From Octopus sinensis (Eukaryota): a stretch of 64,000 nucleotides of DNA. Positions within the stretch are counted from its first letter, which is position 1. Every line of letters begins with the position of its first letter. Shown here one piece after another: positions 11,501 to 25,481 of the stretch. The translations under genes were made by a program, and so were the position numbers. The notes under the pieces are model-generated. The model did no database searches and was not told the origin of the DNA. It saw nothing but the letters and a program-made list of their open reading frames with translations. The stretch spans positions 71,548,001-71,612,000 of the forward strand of contig NC_043008.1 of assembly GCF_006345805.1 (NCBI RefSeq). The letters are read 5' to 3'.

Positions 11501-14087
11501 CTGGTTAAACGGTTTTGATTTGTCAGCGTCCTCAGAGGTTCATGAGGAAGTTGTCGCTGAGTAAAGCAAGATGTGTAACACATTAGGATAGTCTGATTTA
11601 AGTGTAACCACTGTTTTCATGTCTTTGACACGTATAAAGTTTCTATATGACATCAAGACACAATTCAAGTCTCTGGATTACCAATCAAAAAGCGGTATTT
11701 ATTCAGGAGTGACTCTGTTCTGCAGTCATTGTATTTTTACAGAAAAACTTCCTCGGATTATCTTTGCGCTTTCAGACACAGACTGATCACCTTTGCATAT
11801 CTCAAAGAAGAATTTTAACTTTGGTATCTTAGCTTTGCCAAATATCACTGGTAAGCTTTTGAATTGAAAATGTCAAAAGAAGGAATATCATAGAAACAAA
11901 TCATATAAATGTTGATTAGAAACAGTGATTTCAATAATACCTACTTCACTTATATTCAGTACTTTATGACAGTTCACCAGATCTCTTGCTTGTAAACATA
12001 CACCTGACAGAAGGATCATGTTTTCATAAGTTCTTGTGTACAAAATTGAAACTGATTTGTTCTAGGAATCCCTAAAAACTGTTTTACTCCTTGCTTACAA
12101 AGTATCTTTTTCATGAAAGAAATGAGTTGTAGGTTTATAGGCTCCTAGTTTTAGTTTCACCGTGTAAAAGCTGTTTGTAACTATTTGGCATATTTCCTTT
12201 ATATGCTGCACAAAGGCCATCATATTTATGGACTCCACTTGGGTCATGAAACTATTTCCTGAATTTTATAAAATCTACCATGGTTGTAGTCTTCTTTTTC
12301 TTTTTTACCCCACACCTATCTATGAAACTGATTCCTCGACTTCAACCTAAGCCTATCATGACAAATATTATAACATATGGTTTATGTCATTAGCTATGTA
12401 CTAAATTAATTAGTCTAATGAATTATCCACTTTCGTTTTTCATTTTACATTATATTTTAGAATGGTACTTGAAAGTCGATAAAAATGTCCTTTCTTTATA
12501 ATGGGGATATAATTCAGCTGTATTACTTAGCATTTGTGACTTTGTAGAAAAATTATGAATGACCAGAAACACCTATCATCATGACAGTTTAAAACATCGT
12601 TTTAAAACTCATTATATTTGTTCTGGTTCCTGAAATGTCTAAATTGAAATCCCGTCGAAGGAGCATTTGCCACTTACCCTTTCATGGTCAAAAATAAGTA
12701 CCAGTGAAATAGTGAGATTGATGACTACAGTTAAACTTCTCTTAAATTTTCTGCCCTTGTGTCTTAATCATAAGCCATTAGTAAAATTCTCGGGACAGAA
12801 TAAGTGCTATATATCATATAGCATATATATTGCATTACATTATATACATTATTATATGGAAGGCTTATGAAAACTCCATTTTATATTTAGTAAGGCAGAA
12901 CCAAATGGAGGTCATGAACTACAGACAGTGGATAATTATAGAAAGAAAACACGGAATTTAGGTTTAGCTATGGGTATTGACAGCACCAAGTTTTAACATA
13001 AAGCAATAGAATAGAAAGATTCTACCACCATTTCTTTTAAATTACCCTAATCATGAAAGACACGAGTTTTAGAAGGCTGCATTGTCCGTTTATATTAGTC
13101 TTACATATTTTCATTCGGGGACCAATTAAAATTGATCTGAGGTCAGAGAATAAAGAATCAAAATACATCCAATATATCCCCCACAGATTTCACTACAGAT
13201 ACCCTCTTACACCCCAGGATTAGTGACGATGCAAACTGAATGTATTCCGACATAGAATTGAAACTACACCTGTATAGCTTCGTTAGCTCAGGATCTGAAG
13301 AACATTTACAGATCTACCTTTGTATTCATGTAATAAAATAACGAGCAAAGAAAATTACTTTCAATAGCTTAATTAAAAGGATTTTTTCTGTTTTATTTTT
13401 AAAAGTTTTATTAAGGCTTTGCTGTTTGCTGGTTATTTTTTAGCCTCGTCGTTTCTTATGAAATTCTGTTCTGTCGAAGTATTACAGTGAGAGGACAGAA
13501 ATGAATGGAAAATACTTGAAGAAATTGTCAGGTGGAGAGCAGAAAGAAGGGGAAAATACATGAGAAATTACTAAACACCATAGCCAAAGAAAAATAAAAG
13601 AATATATGTACGATCAGCAAGAACAAGAACAACAATTAGAGGAACAGTTAAAGCAAAAACAAGAACAACAGCGACAACAAATAAAACGGAAACAAACTGT
13701 AGGCAAAGTAAGTTGGAAGAAATGAAGGCTGTTAAGTAACATTGAAACTATAAATTATTTCATTCTCTTTGAACTGGTGATTTCTACTTGAAGTAAAATA
13801 TCAATTTATGGAAAAAAAACATAACTCGCTTGCATGCATATATAGAATGGAGTCATATATATTACATGTTACATGAATGTATGTACATTATATAAATATA
13901 TGCATATATATATGTATGTGTGAGTGTGTGTATGCATATATATATATATAGGGAGAGAGAGAGAGAGAGCATATAAATATATGTGTATGTATCCATGCTA
14001 TATATGTATATAAATACATACACACATACATATACACACACACACGCACGCACACACACACACACAAATATATATATATATATATAT

Positions 14088-14174
14088 TTATATTTCCTGA
14101 GCGCCATACTAATACAATTGTTCGTTTGTTTTCCACCTGCCTTCGTCTTTTGTTTATTTTCATAAAGCTTCCCG

Positions 14175-14176
<2 letters not shown>
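14088..14176 (+). mobile_element. 3' end of the 7755-8030 family (no hammerhead)
   Basis: Reverse complement of ~7755-7845; flanked by (TA)n. Confidence 0.8.
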
Positions 14177-14218
<42 letters not shown>

Positions 14219-14269
14219 GATACTCAGATTGACAGACAGATATAAAGATTGATTAATAGACAGACAGAC

Positions 14270-14315
<46 letters not shown>

Positions 14316-14630
14316 GCAGGCAGATAGATAGATAATGTGTATCATATTTCTAGAAATCAATTGATGGACCATTTGAACAGGAAAAACCACATATTTCCAA
14401 AGAAGAAATGTAGATAAACAGTACAGAAAAGTGAGTATGAAAGAATAAAACCGAAAAACAAACGTAGATATGCAACCGCACGTACAGGCATCCACAAACA
14501 CACACACACACACATGCATTAATGTGCATAAATGCAAATCTATACACACACACATATATATATAACTCTGCATATTCATATGTGCATATATATATATATA
14601 TGCTTGTGTGTATTTATGCATATATATATG

Positions 14631-14675
<45 letters not shown>

Positions 14676-15088
14676 TATGTATTTATATATATATTTATAC
14701 ATACGTGCATCAATACACACACACACACACATATATATCACACTATAACGAGCTATCATTTACACGTGAATTGCTACAAAATAGTTGCAATATAATTGAG
14801 AATGAGTGATGTAATTCTAGGAAATAAGAATGGTTTTAGTTTGTTGCTAGCACATACCACTATATAGCTCAATTAGACACCTATTGTCACTATATAAATG
14901 ATGTTTCTATCGTCTGCATACACCTGTTATTATTACCTTTGGCAAATAGATTTGACATCGATGAAGACGGTTTTATTTCCACAAAGAGATTCCCGCTCTT
15001 GATTTATTTTTATTTTTCTTACATTTATACTTGCATATTTCATGCTTCTCTGTATCACTGATGTTTTTCATAGTTGCCATTTTGATTT

Positions 15089-15345
15089 CTCTTCTTCTTC
15101 TTCTTCTTCTTCTTCTTCTTCTTCTTCTTCTTCTTCTTCTTCTTCTTCTTCTTCTTCTTCTCATTATTATTATTATTGTTGTTGTTGTTGTTATTATTAT
15201 TATTATGATTATTATTATTATTTTTCACTGTTATCATTTTCATCACTATCATCGTCATCGTCAGCAACATCATCATCATTATCATTATCACAATCATTAT
15301 CACCATCGTGGCCATCATCATCATCATTATCATTATTGCTTTTGT
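15089..15345. repeat. Compound triplet microsatellite (CTT)n(ATT)n(GTT)n(CAT)n
   Basis: Directly visible; explains the poly-L/S/R/K ORFs. Confidence 0.95.
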
Positions 15346-16411
15346 ATTCCATGCGAACTCATACATTTTGTTACACACAAGTGCAGACACACGCATACAC
15401 GCACACACACACACACACACATACACACACATTTGCAAATATTAATCGATACATATATTTATTTGTGTATGTATGATTGTCTGCGGATTTGTCTGTGCGT
15501 CTGTGTGTCTCAGTGTGTTTGTCTGTGTAGGTGTAGACTCAAACGGCATCGCTTCAGATTTCTTATACTATTCAATTCATGTTATCTGACTTTTGTGTTT
15601 CTCTTTTAGAATTCAGTTTAATGTGAAATGTATGCGCTTGCATTAGTGTTTAACTTTGAGTTCTCTTATAAGCACGGCGCGTGTTACTGTCTATATATGA
15701 ATATATAAATATAGACACACACATATACGGACACAAACACGCAGGCGCGAACTCATACTCTCCTACATGCACACACACACACATATATATATGTATGTAT
15801 ATGTATATATATGATACATGTATGTGCGCGTATATATATATATATATATATGTATACTCATACATATATACACACACATATATGTCTTGATACACAGATT
15901 GAGAGAGGGTGAGACAAAGAGAGAAAGAGAGAAGAAGTGAAAGAGACAGAGATTGGGTGTAAGAGATGTAATTATTAATGGGAGACTGGCTCAAAATCAT
16001 ATTACTGATAGTTTCAGAGAAACGAGAAGCGCACACTTCATCGTTAACGTGGTTTGTTGCAAGAATCACAACGATAAAAGTTATTCAAACATTTATGAAA
16101 TAAATGTGGGTACCACGAATCGTTTTGACTAGTCTTTTCTCTCTTTTACATACATACATACACATACGCACACACACACATGCATATATATATATATACA
16201 TATAACAATTCGTATGTATAGTTGTATATATACATATATACATATATATAGATATATGTATATATATTCATATATATATATATGTGTGTGTGTGTTAAGA
16301 TATATATATATATATATATGTATGTTACATATATATTTATATATACAGATATATATGCATAAAGTGACTGCGAGACAGTGGGAAAGATAGGTACATGCGT
16401 ATATCTATGTA

Positions 16412-16461
<50 letters not shown>

Positions 16462-16533
16462 ATATACACACACATAAACACACGCACTTATATATGGAGA
16501 TATATATATATATAGATAGATAGATAGATAGAT

Positions 16534-16588
<55 letters not shown>

Positions 16589-17233
16589 CAAGTTTCTACA
16601 CTAGAGTGTTATTCTCTTTTTTTCTCATGCGGTATTCAGAATTTAATTTTAGCCCTGTAGAAATCTGTTTTGCCGCGTCATGTCCTCTCAGTGCCGCTGG
16701 ATTCTATTTGTTGTTTCTCGCGTTACTATGACTTTAGCATTCAGCTTCAAGTACTAAGTGCGTATTTGTCTGCTCTCAATGTTTTATGTTGTAAGCACGT
16801 TTCTTTTTTTTTTCATCTCGAGTTATGTTTATATAACTTTCAACAGTCTTGTATTTGATATATAATTCATCACCTTCGTAGAAGTGTTTTGGTCAAAAGT
16901 GATGTATATATCTGTATATCTGTTATAACTGACAGATTTTGACTTAAATCCTTAATGATTATCCATGGGCCACTTGCCTTAATTTCGTTTCTGTCTGTAG
17001 AGACACATAACTATAACCAAGTTACCATGCACCGGATTTGTTGCCGTTTTACATGACTTCTTAGAGAATTTTGCATCGATGTGTTGATATATTGTCTCAA
17101 CGACGTAGGAGCCAGCGCATATATCTCAATGAAAATACATAGTTTTGGAAGACAACGTATCGTGACCTGCTGTAATCAAATGATTCGTGTCATGATACTG
17201 TAATCTAAATTCATGTTACTTTCTTGTTATATA

Positions 17234-17399
17234 AGGTGCAAGCGTGTCTGAGTGGTAAGAAGCTTTATTCGCAACCACACGGTTCCGGGCTCTGTCCTAC
17301 TGAGTGGTATCTTGGGCAAATATTTTCTGCTATATCCTCGGACAGACCAACGTGTTGTGTGTGGATCCTGTAGACGACGGAAGCAGAAAGAAATCTGTC

Positions 17400-17400
<1 letters not shown>
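17234..17400 (+). mobile_element. SINE family C, 5' half
   Basis: Matches the head of the intact copy at 50578 up to ...CTGTCGTATATA. Confidence 0.8.
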
Positions 17401-17478
<78 letters not shown>

Positions 17479-17726
17479 CGCCAAAACCCAAACAAATTAT
17501 CATCTACACCTCTCACAACTCACACACACACCTACTCACCCACTCGAAACCCCATCATTTGCCGATATTCTCTTCGCCATAGATTATGCACTCTTAGAGA
17601 CTGCAAATTCACCCATTTACCTGGAACAAAACGCTTATCCCCACAAACTACAACAGCCACCACCATAATACATACTCTACTACAACATCGTCACAACCAC
17701 CAATATCTCAAACAAGGCATCCCCAA

Positions 17727-18104
17727 ATCTGCCGCTATTCCCAGCGAGACAGATTGTGTTTGCACAGGGATTGCCCCTTTACCCATCTCCCGGGGACTCG
17801 TCGGACAAATGACAATATAAATAAAAATAAAAATAAAAGCAATAAAACCTACGACTCATATAGAAATAACCACTCATATAAAAATAACCACAACCACAGT
17901 AACTTACAGTTCCCTAGACAGGAAACTTCTTCCTCTTTTTTAGCCATAATGAATCTAGCAAAAGAACTGGAAAAACCATCAGAGCTATCACCCACCACCA
18001 TCCACCACTATCACCCTACTGCACATGCCATTAAAAAGCAAACAAATAAGCAAAACACCAAAACAATTAAAACCATCCACTCTCGCCTCAACATCTTTGC
18101 CTAA
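17727..18104 (+). pseudogene. LINE ORF1 remnant with putative CCCH zinc finger
   Basis: In-frame ICRYSQRDRLCLHRDCPFTHLPGTRR (C-x8-C-x4-C-x3-H). Confidence 0.5.
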
Positions 18105-18309
18105 AAAATATGAAGGCCGACCTAAGCCAGGAGATCCAACGAGATTTCAGCAACCACCTATGCAAATCACAAGGACCACACACCCACTACCAACAACAAA
18201 ATCATCATACACACACAGCTCCATACAAGAACTACCCACATTGTTACCACTGAACAACATAAAACATAACTTAGAACAATGCAAACATCAAACTTCCCTT
18301 ACCTCGACA

Positions 18310-21245
18310 TTCCTGTTAAATGTACGTGGCATCAACCCATCAATTATTGCCCAAAAATGAAAGATCCCATATATAGAAAGTTGGTTTGCCGAAACGGCAC
18401 ATTGCTTCCCTTTCTTTATCCTTACCGAGACTCACCTGAACAACACCCATATGGACGCCGAGGTGAAAATAAAAGAGTTCACCATTGTACGTGCGGATCG
18501 CACTGACCGAAATAAGGGAGGGACAGCCATCTTTATCCATGACTCCTTTTCACTTGATGCCAAGGACATATTTTCCAATGGCTATTGTGAATCTGTATCA
18601 CTATTCAACAAGGCCAAGGACATAATCATTGTTGGTCTTTACAGGCCTCCCCAAGCACCTCTAAAGTGCTTTGAAGAGTGCCTTTACAAAGTCAAGTCCT
18701 TCCTTCGGAAGTACAACTCCGGAAACATACTAGTGGTGGGTGATTTTAACCTCCCTCATGTTAACTGGCCCACAAATACTCTGAAGTTAGGCAAATGCTC
18801 TACATCAGATAGAGCAGCAGCAGAACTGCTCTTTAATCTAATGGATGAATACTTCCTGACTCAGCTAGTGCTCGAACCAGCGAGACAGAATAAAACTATC
18901 TTGGATCTGGTATTGAACAATCACTCTAGCTTTGTTCACAGTATTTCAGTTGAAAAAACCCTCCTCTCAGACCACGACATGGTACTCTGCAATTTTAATT
19001 CCCGACATATAAAAACCAAACCAGCCAATCCCACTCCATGGCACTTATTTGACAACATAAACTTCCACAACGCGGACTGGGGAGCAATCAGAAAGGATCT
19101 GTCTTTCATCGACTGGTCTTTTACTCTCAATTCCACCCATATTGAGACCGCATGGCAGCACTTTGAAAACATTGTCACCTATACATGCTCTATACACGCT
19201 CCCACGAAATCTTCTAACACAAACAGAAACCGGCTCCCTAAAAAGAAAACAAACACTCATCAGGCGCATCAAAAGACTCAACAAAAAAATCAACCAATTA
19301 AAATTTCCCACATACAACATCCACATTCAACAACAATGAAAAGGCTAGAGCTGGAAAAACTTCATCTGCAGACCGACATGAAAACCTCCATTGAAAATCA
19401 AAGAGCTGTGGAGGAACAGTGGGTAATCAAAAACATCAAACAGAACCCGAAAGTGTTCTATTCTTATGCAAATAAGCATAGAACCACTGTCTCACCCATT
19501 GGGCCATTGATTGATGATAACGGCATTCCCCAACACGATGCTAAAGAAATGGCAGAAAGACTGCAGAAACAATACTGCTCTGTGTTTAGTGTTCCCACTG
19601 ATATTAACGTAAGAGAAGCGAACGAAGTTGACTCCCAACATCAAATCTCAGACATAACCTTCACTGACACTGACATCATAGCAGCAATAAATGAGGTCAA
19701 ATACTACTCTGCTGTAGGTCCTGACAGATTCCACGCTAGTCTCCTGAAGGAATGTAGACACCAACTTGCAGTCCCTCTGACCAACCTCTGCAGAAATTCG
19801 TTAGACGCAGGTTTATACCAAAACAGTTTCTATCCCAGTCAGTGATCCCGGTTTTCAAACAGGGAAACAGATCCCTCGCAGTCAACTATCGCCCAATTTC
19901 ACTCACCTCCTTCATCATTAAAGTGTTTGAAAGAGTGTTAAGATCAAGGATAGCTGACTTCCTGGAGACCCACAAACTCCTAAATGCAAATCAGCATGGC
20001 TTTCGCTGTGGCAGGGACTGTCTAAGACAGCTCTTACACCACATGGAAGATGTACTCAAAGCCTTGGGAACAGGTTTGAACTCTGATGTCATATATCTTG
20101 ACTTCAGTAAAGCGTTCGACAGAGTAGACAATAATATCCTACTCTCAAAATTGGCAAATGTTGGAATCCATGGAAAAGTTCTACACTGGATTAAGTATTT
20201 CCTGGCGAATAGAACACAACATGTTGTAGTTGATGGAGTCCACTCAAGCCCAGCAAAAGTCACCAGCGGTGTCCCCCAGGGGACTGTCTTGGGTCTGCTA
20301 CTTTTCATAATTTACATAAATGAACTTTCCAGTGTCGTACATTACTGCAAAGTGAAAATATTTGCTGATGACACTAAGCTCCAGCAGATCGTGAATGAAG
20401 AAGCAGACCGAACTCAACTCCAGTCTTATCTATATGCTGTGAGTCAATGGGCAGACAGAAACAAAATGCAACTGAACGAGGGAAAATTTGAGCTGATGCA
20501 TTTTGGAAGAAATTCCTCACTAAAACAGCTATACTCTCTTCCTTCAGGGGAACCGCTCACAGCCTCTAACAATATCAGAGACCTGGGTGTAATTGTTGAT
20601 GACTATCTCAGTTGGAGTGCACACATCAACAAGAAGGTCGATATAGCTCGTAGGATGAGTTCCAGGATCTTAAGAACTTTCAGGTTTAGAGAACACGGTG
20701 TCATCTTACCACTTTTCTCCTCCTTTGTACGCCCACACCTCGAATACTGCTGCCCACTGTGGTCTCCCCATACAAGACAAAACATCTCAAGGATTGAATC
20801 ACCCCAGAGGGCACTCACTAAACGAATTGAAGGCATGGCTGCTCTCGATTATTGCGATCGCCTTAAAGCCTTGAAACTCTACTCTCTCCAGCGTCGCCGT
20901 GAGCGGTACATCATTTGTACGATGTGGAGAATATACCGCCAACTTTGCCCAAACGACCTGTACATTAGCTTCAAGGTTCATCCAAGACTGGGACCACGGG
21001 CCATTCGTCCCCTGCCAAATTCCAGATCACAGCATACATGTACACTGCAATATAATTTCTTTTCCTCAACAGGCCCTGCCCTATTTAACATTGTCCCGAA
21101 AGGGATCAAAGAGGAAAAGGATCCCATCAACTTTAAACGGAGTCTGGATAGATTCCTTCAAGCAATACCAGATAAGCCACCCATAATTGGATACAACTCA
21201 CCCAACAAAAACTCACTACTTGAATGGACCATAAGCAAAACTTGA
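18310..21245 (+). pseudogene. LINE ORF2: APE endonuclease + reverse transcriptase (disrupted)
   Basis: NVRGI, LTETHL, GDFN, SDHD (APE); IPVFKQG, YRPISLTS, QHGFR, YLDFSKAFD, GVPQG, FADD (RT). Stop at 18358, paired frameshifts ~19245-19335, frameshift ~19830. Confidence 0.9.
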
Positions 21246-21340
21246 CTTAAACAGGATTTAAATAATCCTATCAGGTGGTGCTATTAAGTTAGACATGGCC
21301 TGGGCCAATCTTTGGTCGAAACATATCTAAGTTTATCTAA

Positions 21341-21373
<33 letters not shown>

Positions 21374-21374
<1 letters not shown>

Positions 21375-22667
21375 TTCAACAATTGAGGGTAAAATTGATT
21401 AATTATTAATCAATTTCACCAAGTATTCAGTATCTAAAGGGACCATTTTAGGCGAATTCAAAATATTACATTATATATAAGGGCTTAGTAAAATAAATTA
21501 CTTTGCCACATACTGAACTCATTAGAAATAGCAGCTAAAGAAATTTCTTCAGCTATTTCTAATACTTAAAGAAGATCTCTCTCAGATAGTGTTTGCCTAA
21601 ACCAACTCACAAAAGTATGGGGGAAAAAAACATTAAAAAATCAAGTGCAAAGGTTATTTGAGACGTACGTTTCTAGATTAGTCAATTCGACATGTCTTTC
21701 GTCAGCTCAGAATTCCTTGAATCGGATTTGGGAACACTGAAAGTCGGGAGCATACCCTTTCGGCTTCTAATCACCTCTATAATTCTGCTCGAACTAAAAG
21801 TGCTATCAAATTCGAATATGCAAGCGAAGAATTTCTGCTCTCCCCCTTTCCACCAGCGTGGGTTAAATTGACAAACACCATGTATTAACGGTGAAAACCG
21901 CAGCATTTAACAGAGAGAGATGATTAAATTTCAACATTGAGGGTAAAATTAATTAATTATTAATCAATTTTACCAAGTATTCAGTATGTATATTCTGAGA
22001 GAGATCTTCTTTAAGTATTAGAAATAGCTGAAGAAATTTCTTTAGCTGCTATTTCTAATGAGTTCAGTATGTGGCAAAGTAATTTATTTTACTAAGCCCT
22101 TATATATAATGTAATATTTGAATTCGCCTAAAATGGTCCCTTTACATACTGAATACTTGGTGAAATTGATTAATAATTAATTAATTTTACCCTCAATTGT
22201 TGAAATTATAATTCATCTCTCTCTGTTAAATGCTGCGGTTTTCACCGTTAATACATGGTGTTTGTCAATTTTATAACCCACGCTGGTGGAAAGGGGAGAG
22301 CAGATTCTTCGCTTGCATATTCGAATTTGATAGCACTTTTAGTTCGAGCAGAATTATAGAGGTGATTAGAAGCCGAAAGGGTATGCTCCCGACTTTCAGT
22401 GTTCCCAAATCCGATTCAAGGAATTCTGAGCTGACGAAAGAAATGTCGAATTGACTAATCTAGAAACGTACGTTCTCAAATAACCTTTGCACTTCATTTT
22501 TTAATGTTTTTTTCCCCCATACTTTTGTGAGTTGGTTTAGGCAAACACTATCTGAGAGAGATCTTCTTTAAGTATTAGAAATAGTTGAAGAAATTTCTTT
22601 AGCTGCTATTTCTAATGAGTTCAGTATGTGGCAAAGTAATTTATTTTACTAAGCCCTTATATATAAT
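21374..22667. repeat. Palindromic array of a 555-bp unit (about 1.1 units forward, 1.2 units inverted)
   Basis: Unit restarts at 21374 and 21929; sequence is inverted from ~21994; near-identical copies; (TA)n on both sides. Confidence 0.9.
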
Positions 22668-22745
22668 ATATATATATATATATAATAGAAATATTAAAAT
22701 TACTAAGTCTCTCTAAAAGAGATTACGGCAGCGTTACTGGAAATT

Positions 22746-22956
22746 AATTGTTATCGCCATATTAATATGGCAGTCTTATAGATATAAGGCTAAAGCTGTC
22801 TCTGATTAGCTCCATGAGGCCATCGCCTTAAGCTAGGTATTTGACGCAGTTTGTGTGTCAAATAGCTAGCTTAAGGCGATGGCCTCATGGAGCTAATCAG
22901 CGACAGCTTTAGTCTTATATCTATAAGACTGCCATATTAATATGGCGATAACAATT
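22746..22956. repeat. Foldback hairpin, 100-bp arms, 11-nt loop
   Basis: 22746-22845 vs 22857-22956 with 3 mismatches. Confidence 0.9.
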
Positions 22957-22959
22957 TAT

Positions 22960-23035
<76 letters not shown>

Positions 23036-23058
23036 CATTTATATATATACATATATAC

Positions 23059-23126
<68 letters not shown>

Positions 23127-23139
23127 TTGTATGTATGTA

Positions 23140-23374
23140 TGTATCCATGTGTGTGTCTCACTCTGCGTCAGTTTTTTACCTCCCCCCTCACCAATTGACA
23201 ACTCATGTTGGTATGCTTACGTTCCGGTAACTTAGTGGTTAGTGAAAATTTACTGATCGAATAAGTAGTAGGCTTAAAACCAAGTCATGGAGTCGATTTG
23301 TTCGACTAAAACCTTTCAAGGTGGTGCAGCAGTATATCCGCTGTCAATTGACTGAAACATGCAACAGATAAAAG
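23140..23374 (+). mobile_element. SINE family C, 3' half
   Basis: Matches the 3' half of 50578-50994 (TTGACAAC...GTCGATTTG.TCGACTAAA...GACTGAAACA). Confidence 0.75.
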
Positions 23375-25481
23375 TTCAAAGGAAGTTATATTTTATGTAT
23401 GTGTATGTGTGTATGTGTGTGCGTTACTATATATTTATCTTAACGTAGCATGATAGTTATAAATAAGTGTCGCCATTATGCGAGCCATGAACTTCGTCTC
23501 CAATATTCAGTGGAAACATTTCTTGTCATGGAGGAATATTTCTTTACTATGAATCATGCAAGGATAGACAACGGAAGGACAGCTGGCCGTCGAAAATCCA
23601 CCTCAGGAGATTCTGTGCGACTCAGGCAAGCTTGGAAATGTGGAAGCTAAAACGAAAATTACCATGTTGATGATATTTTTGTCTTGGGTCTGTCAATGTA
23701 TTTCCTATAAGCCTTTAAAATCATATGCCCCATATCTCTATATCTACAACCTTTGCACTATTGCTGCCACCTAGCTTTCTCGTGTTTCACTGTATATGAG
23801 ACTGAAGCTATCTGAGTATTCAGCATATTTGGGAAATCCGTTTTGTATTAGGCTTCTTATGAATATTTTCTTCTTGTATTGTCCTTTTCTTTATTTTATC
23901 TACCAAGAAAACCTAGACTTCAAACAAATTCTTTCGGATTGCTTTCATCAATATATCAATTATATGTTACAACGTCATCATATTTATCCCCCCCCCTTTC
24001 ATCGTATTAATGACGATGGTCATGATGATCCTTATCATCATCATCATCATCATCATCACCTTCATCCTTATCATCATTATCATTATCATCAACTTCATCT
24101 TCATTGTCATCTCTATCTCCCTTACCAATATTATGAGTACCATGTTCCTTTTGATATTACCATCATCATTTCTATGTTCTCCCTTCTCACCATCATTTTC
24201 ACCATCATCATTATTATCATCATCACAGTTAGAATTTGACGTTAAAGTAAGATACAATTATCATTATTATTATTATTATTATTATTATTGATATTTACAC
24301 TGATGAATTAATTTCTTTTTCAAGTTCTGATTAGATTTCCTATCAGATTTCTTTGGCAGATTACCTTATCTCTGTGTTACTGCAACAATACCACGACGGC
24401 ACAGCCAAAACAACAACAACGACGACAAAAACAATAACAACAAGAGAAGAAGAAGAGAAGAAGAAGAAGAAGAGAAGAAGAAGAAGAAGGAAATGATGAA
24501 AAAAGAAAACGAAAACCACAACAGCAACAGCAGTAACAACAACAACATAAATGACAATAACAACACCATTAAAGACAATGAGATTTACAACAACGGATTT
24601 ACAGGAAAAAATAGACACACGCAAAAGATGACACACAAAGAAAAGCACACACACACACGCCCACACACACACATATACACTTTCACTCAGACTTACACTG
24701 AAACTTTATGAAAGTAGAGAATTGAAATCTCAAACGCTGTTATATTTAGTGTCAATAAAATAGATATAATTTCCCTGAACCCTTAGACATACATACGCAC
24801 AAACACATACACACACATACATACACACACGCACACATATATATATACATATATGTGTTTGTAATTTTTGTACACGAAGTAAATCTTTTCTTTTAACTAT
24901 GTTATATTGAAAACATGACGATGTCACTATTTAATCTTTTTTCTATGTTAACGCTTTCTTGTGCGTACGTATACGACCCTTATATTTCGCTTTGAAACAC
25001 TTATTCGCTCGAATTCATCACTACATTTTTAATATCAACTTTTTCATTTTGTCTCAGCTCTACATTCTACATGTCGAGTTGTTTCTGTACTGCCTTACAT
25101 TTTTAATGCGTGTCTTATATTTATACATCTTTTCACATTAAAACTTTATTATTATATTGTTTGCATTTTTACTTCGTCAGAATTCCAATTTTGTCTATGT
25201 ATTTGAGTGCATGTTTGAGTGTGTTGCAGCCTTGCGCTACAGTATCAGTTTTGATTCCATCATCAGTATTTGTTTTTCTGAGGATTATTCAATAATATAT
25301 AGAAGTATTTTCAGTGTTTGCATTCCTATCTAGCTTCGTTCAATAGCATTTGGAGTAGTGTTTTGTAATTGCTCCTTCTAAATGCGCAGTGAGCCGACGA
25401 AGGTGTCGTGTACTTGTATATTTTTTATGTTATGGGTGAAGTTGCGCAAAATGCAACTTTCGTGTTATTTTGCTCACTGTA

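Larger units (their letters stand above)
17475..21344 (+). mobile_element. CR1-like LINE, near full length, inserted in (TA)n
   Basis: APE endonuclease plus RT ORF2, CCCH-like ORF1 remnant, 3' tail (ATCTAAGTTT)2 at 21325-21344. Confidence 0.9.

Noticed and set aside
17026-17169. 144-nt open minus-strand exon candidate
   Set aside because: No homology recognised, and a competing frame exists; not supportable as a feature.
21295-21325. Hammerhead at the LINE 3' end (stem followed by GAAAC)
   Set aside because: Lacks a CUGANGA-like core; more likely an ordinary LINE 3' stem-loop.
21682-22454. 74-aa ORFs at 21682-21906 and 22230-22454 as real genes
   Set aside because: Their similarity is explained by the DNA duplication; no recognisable motif.
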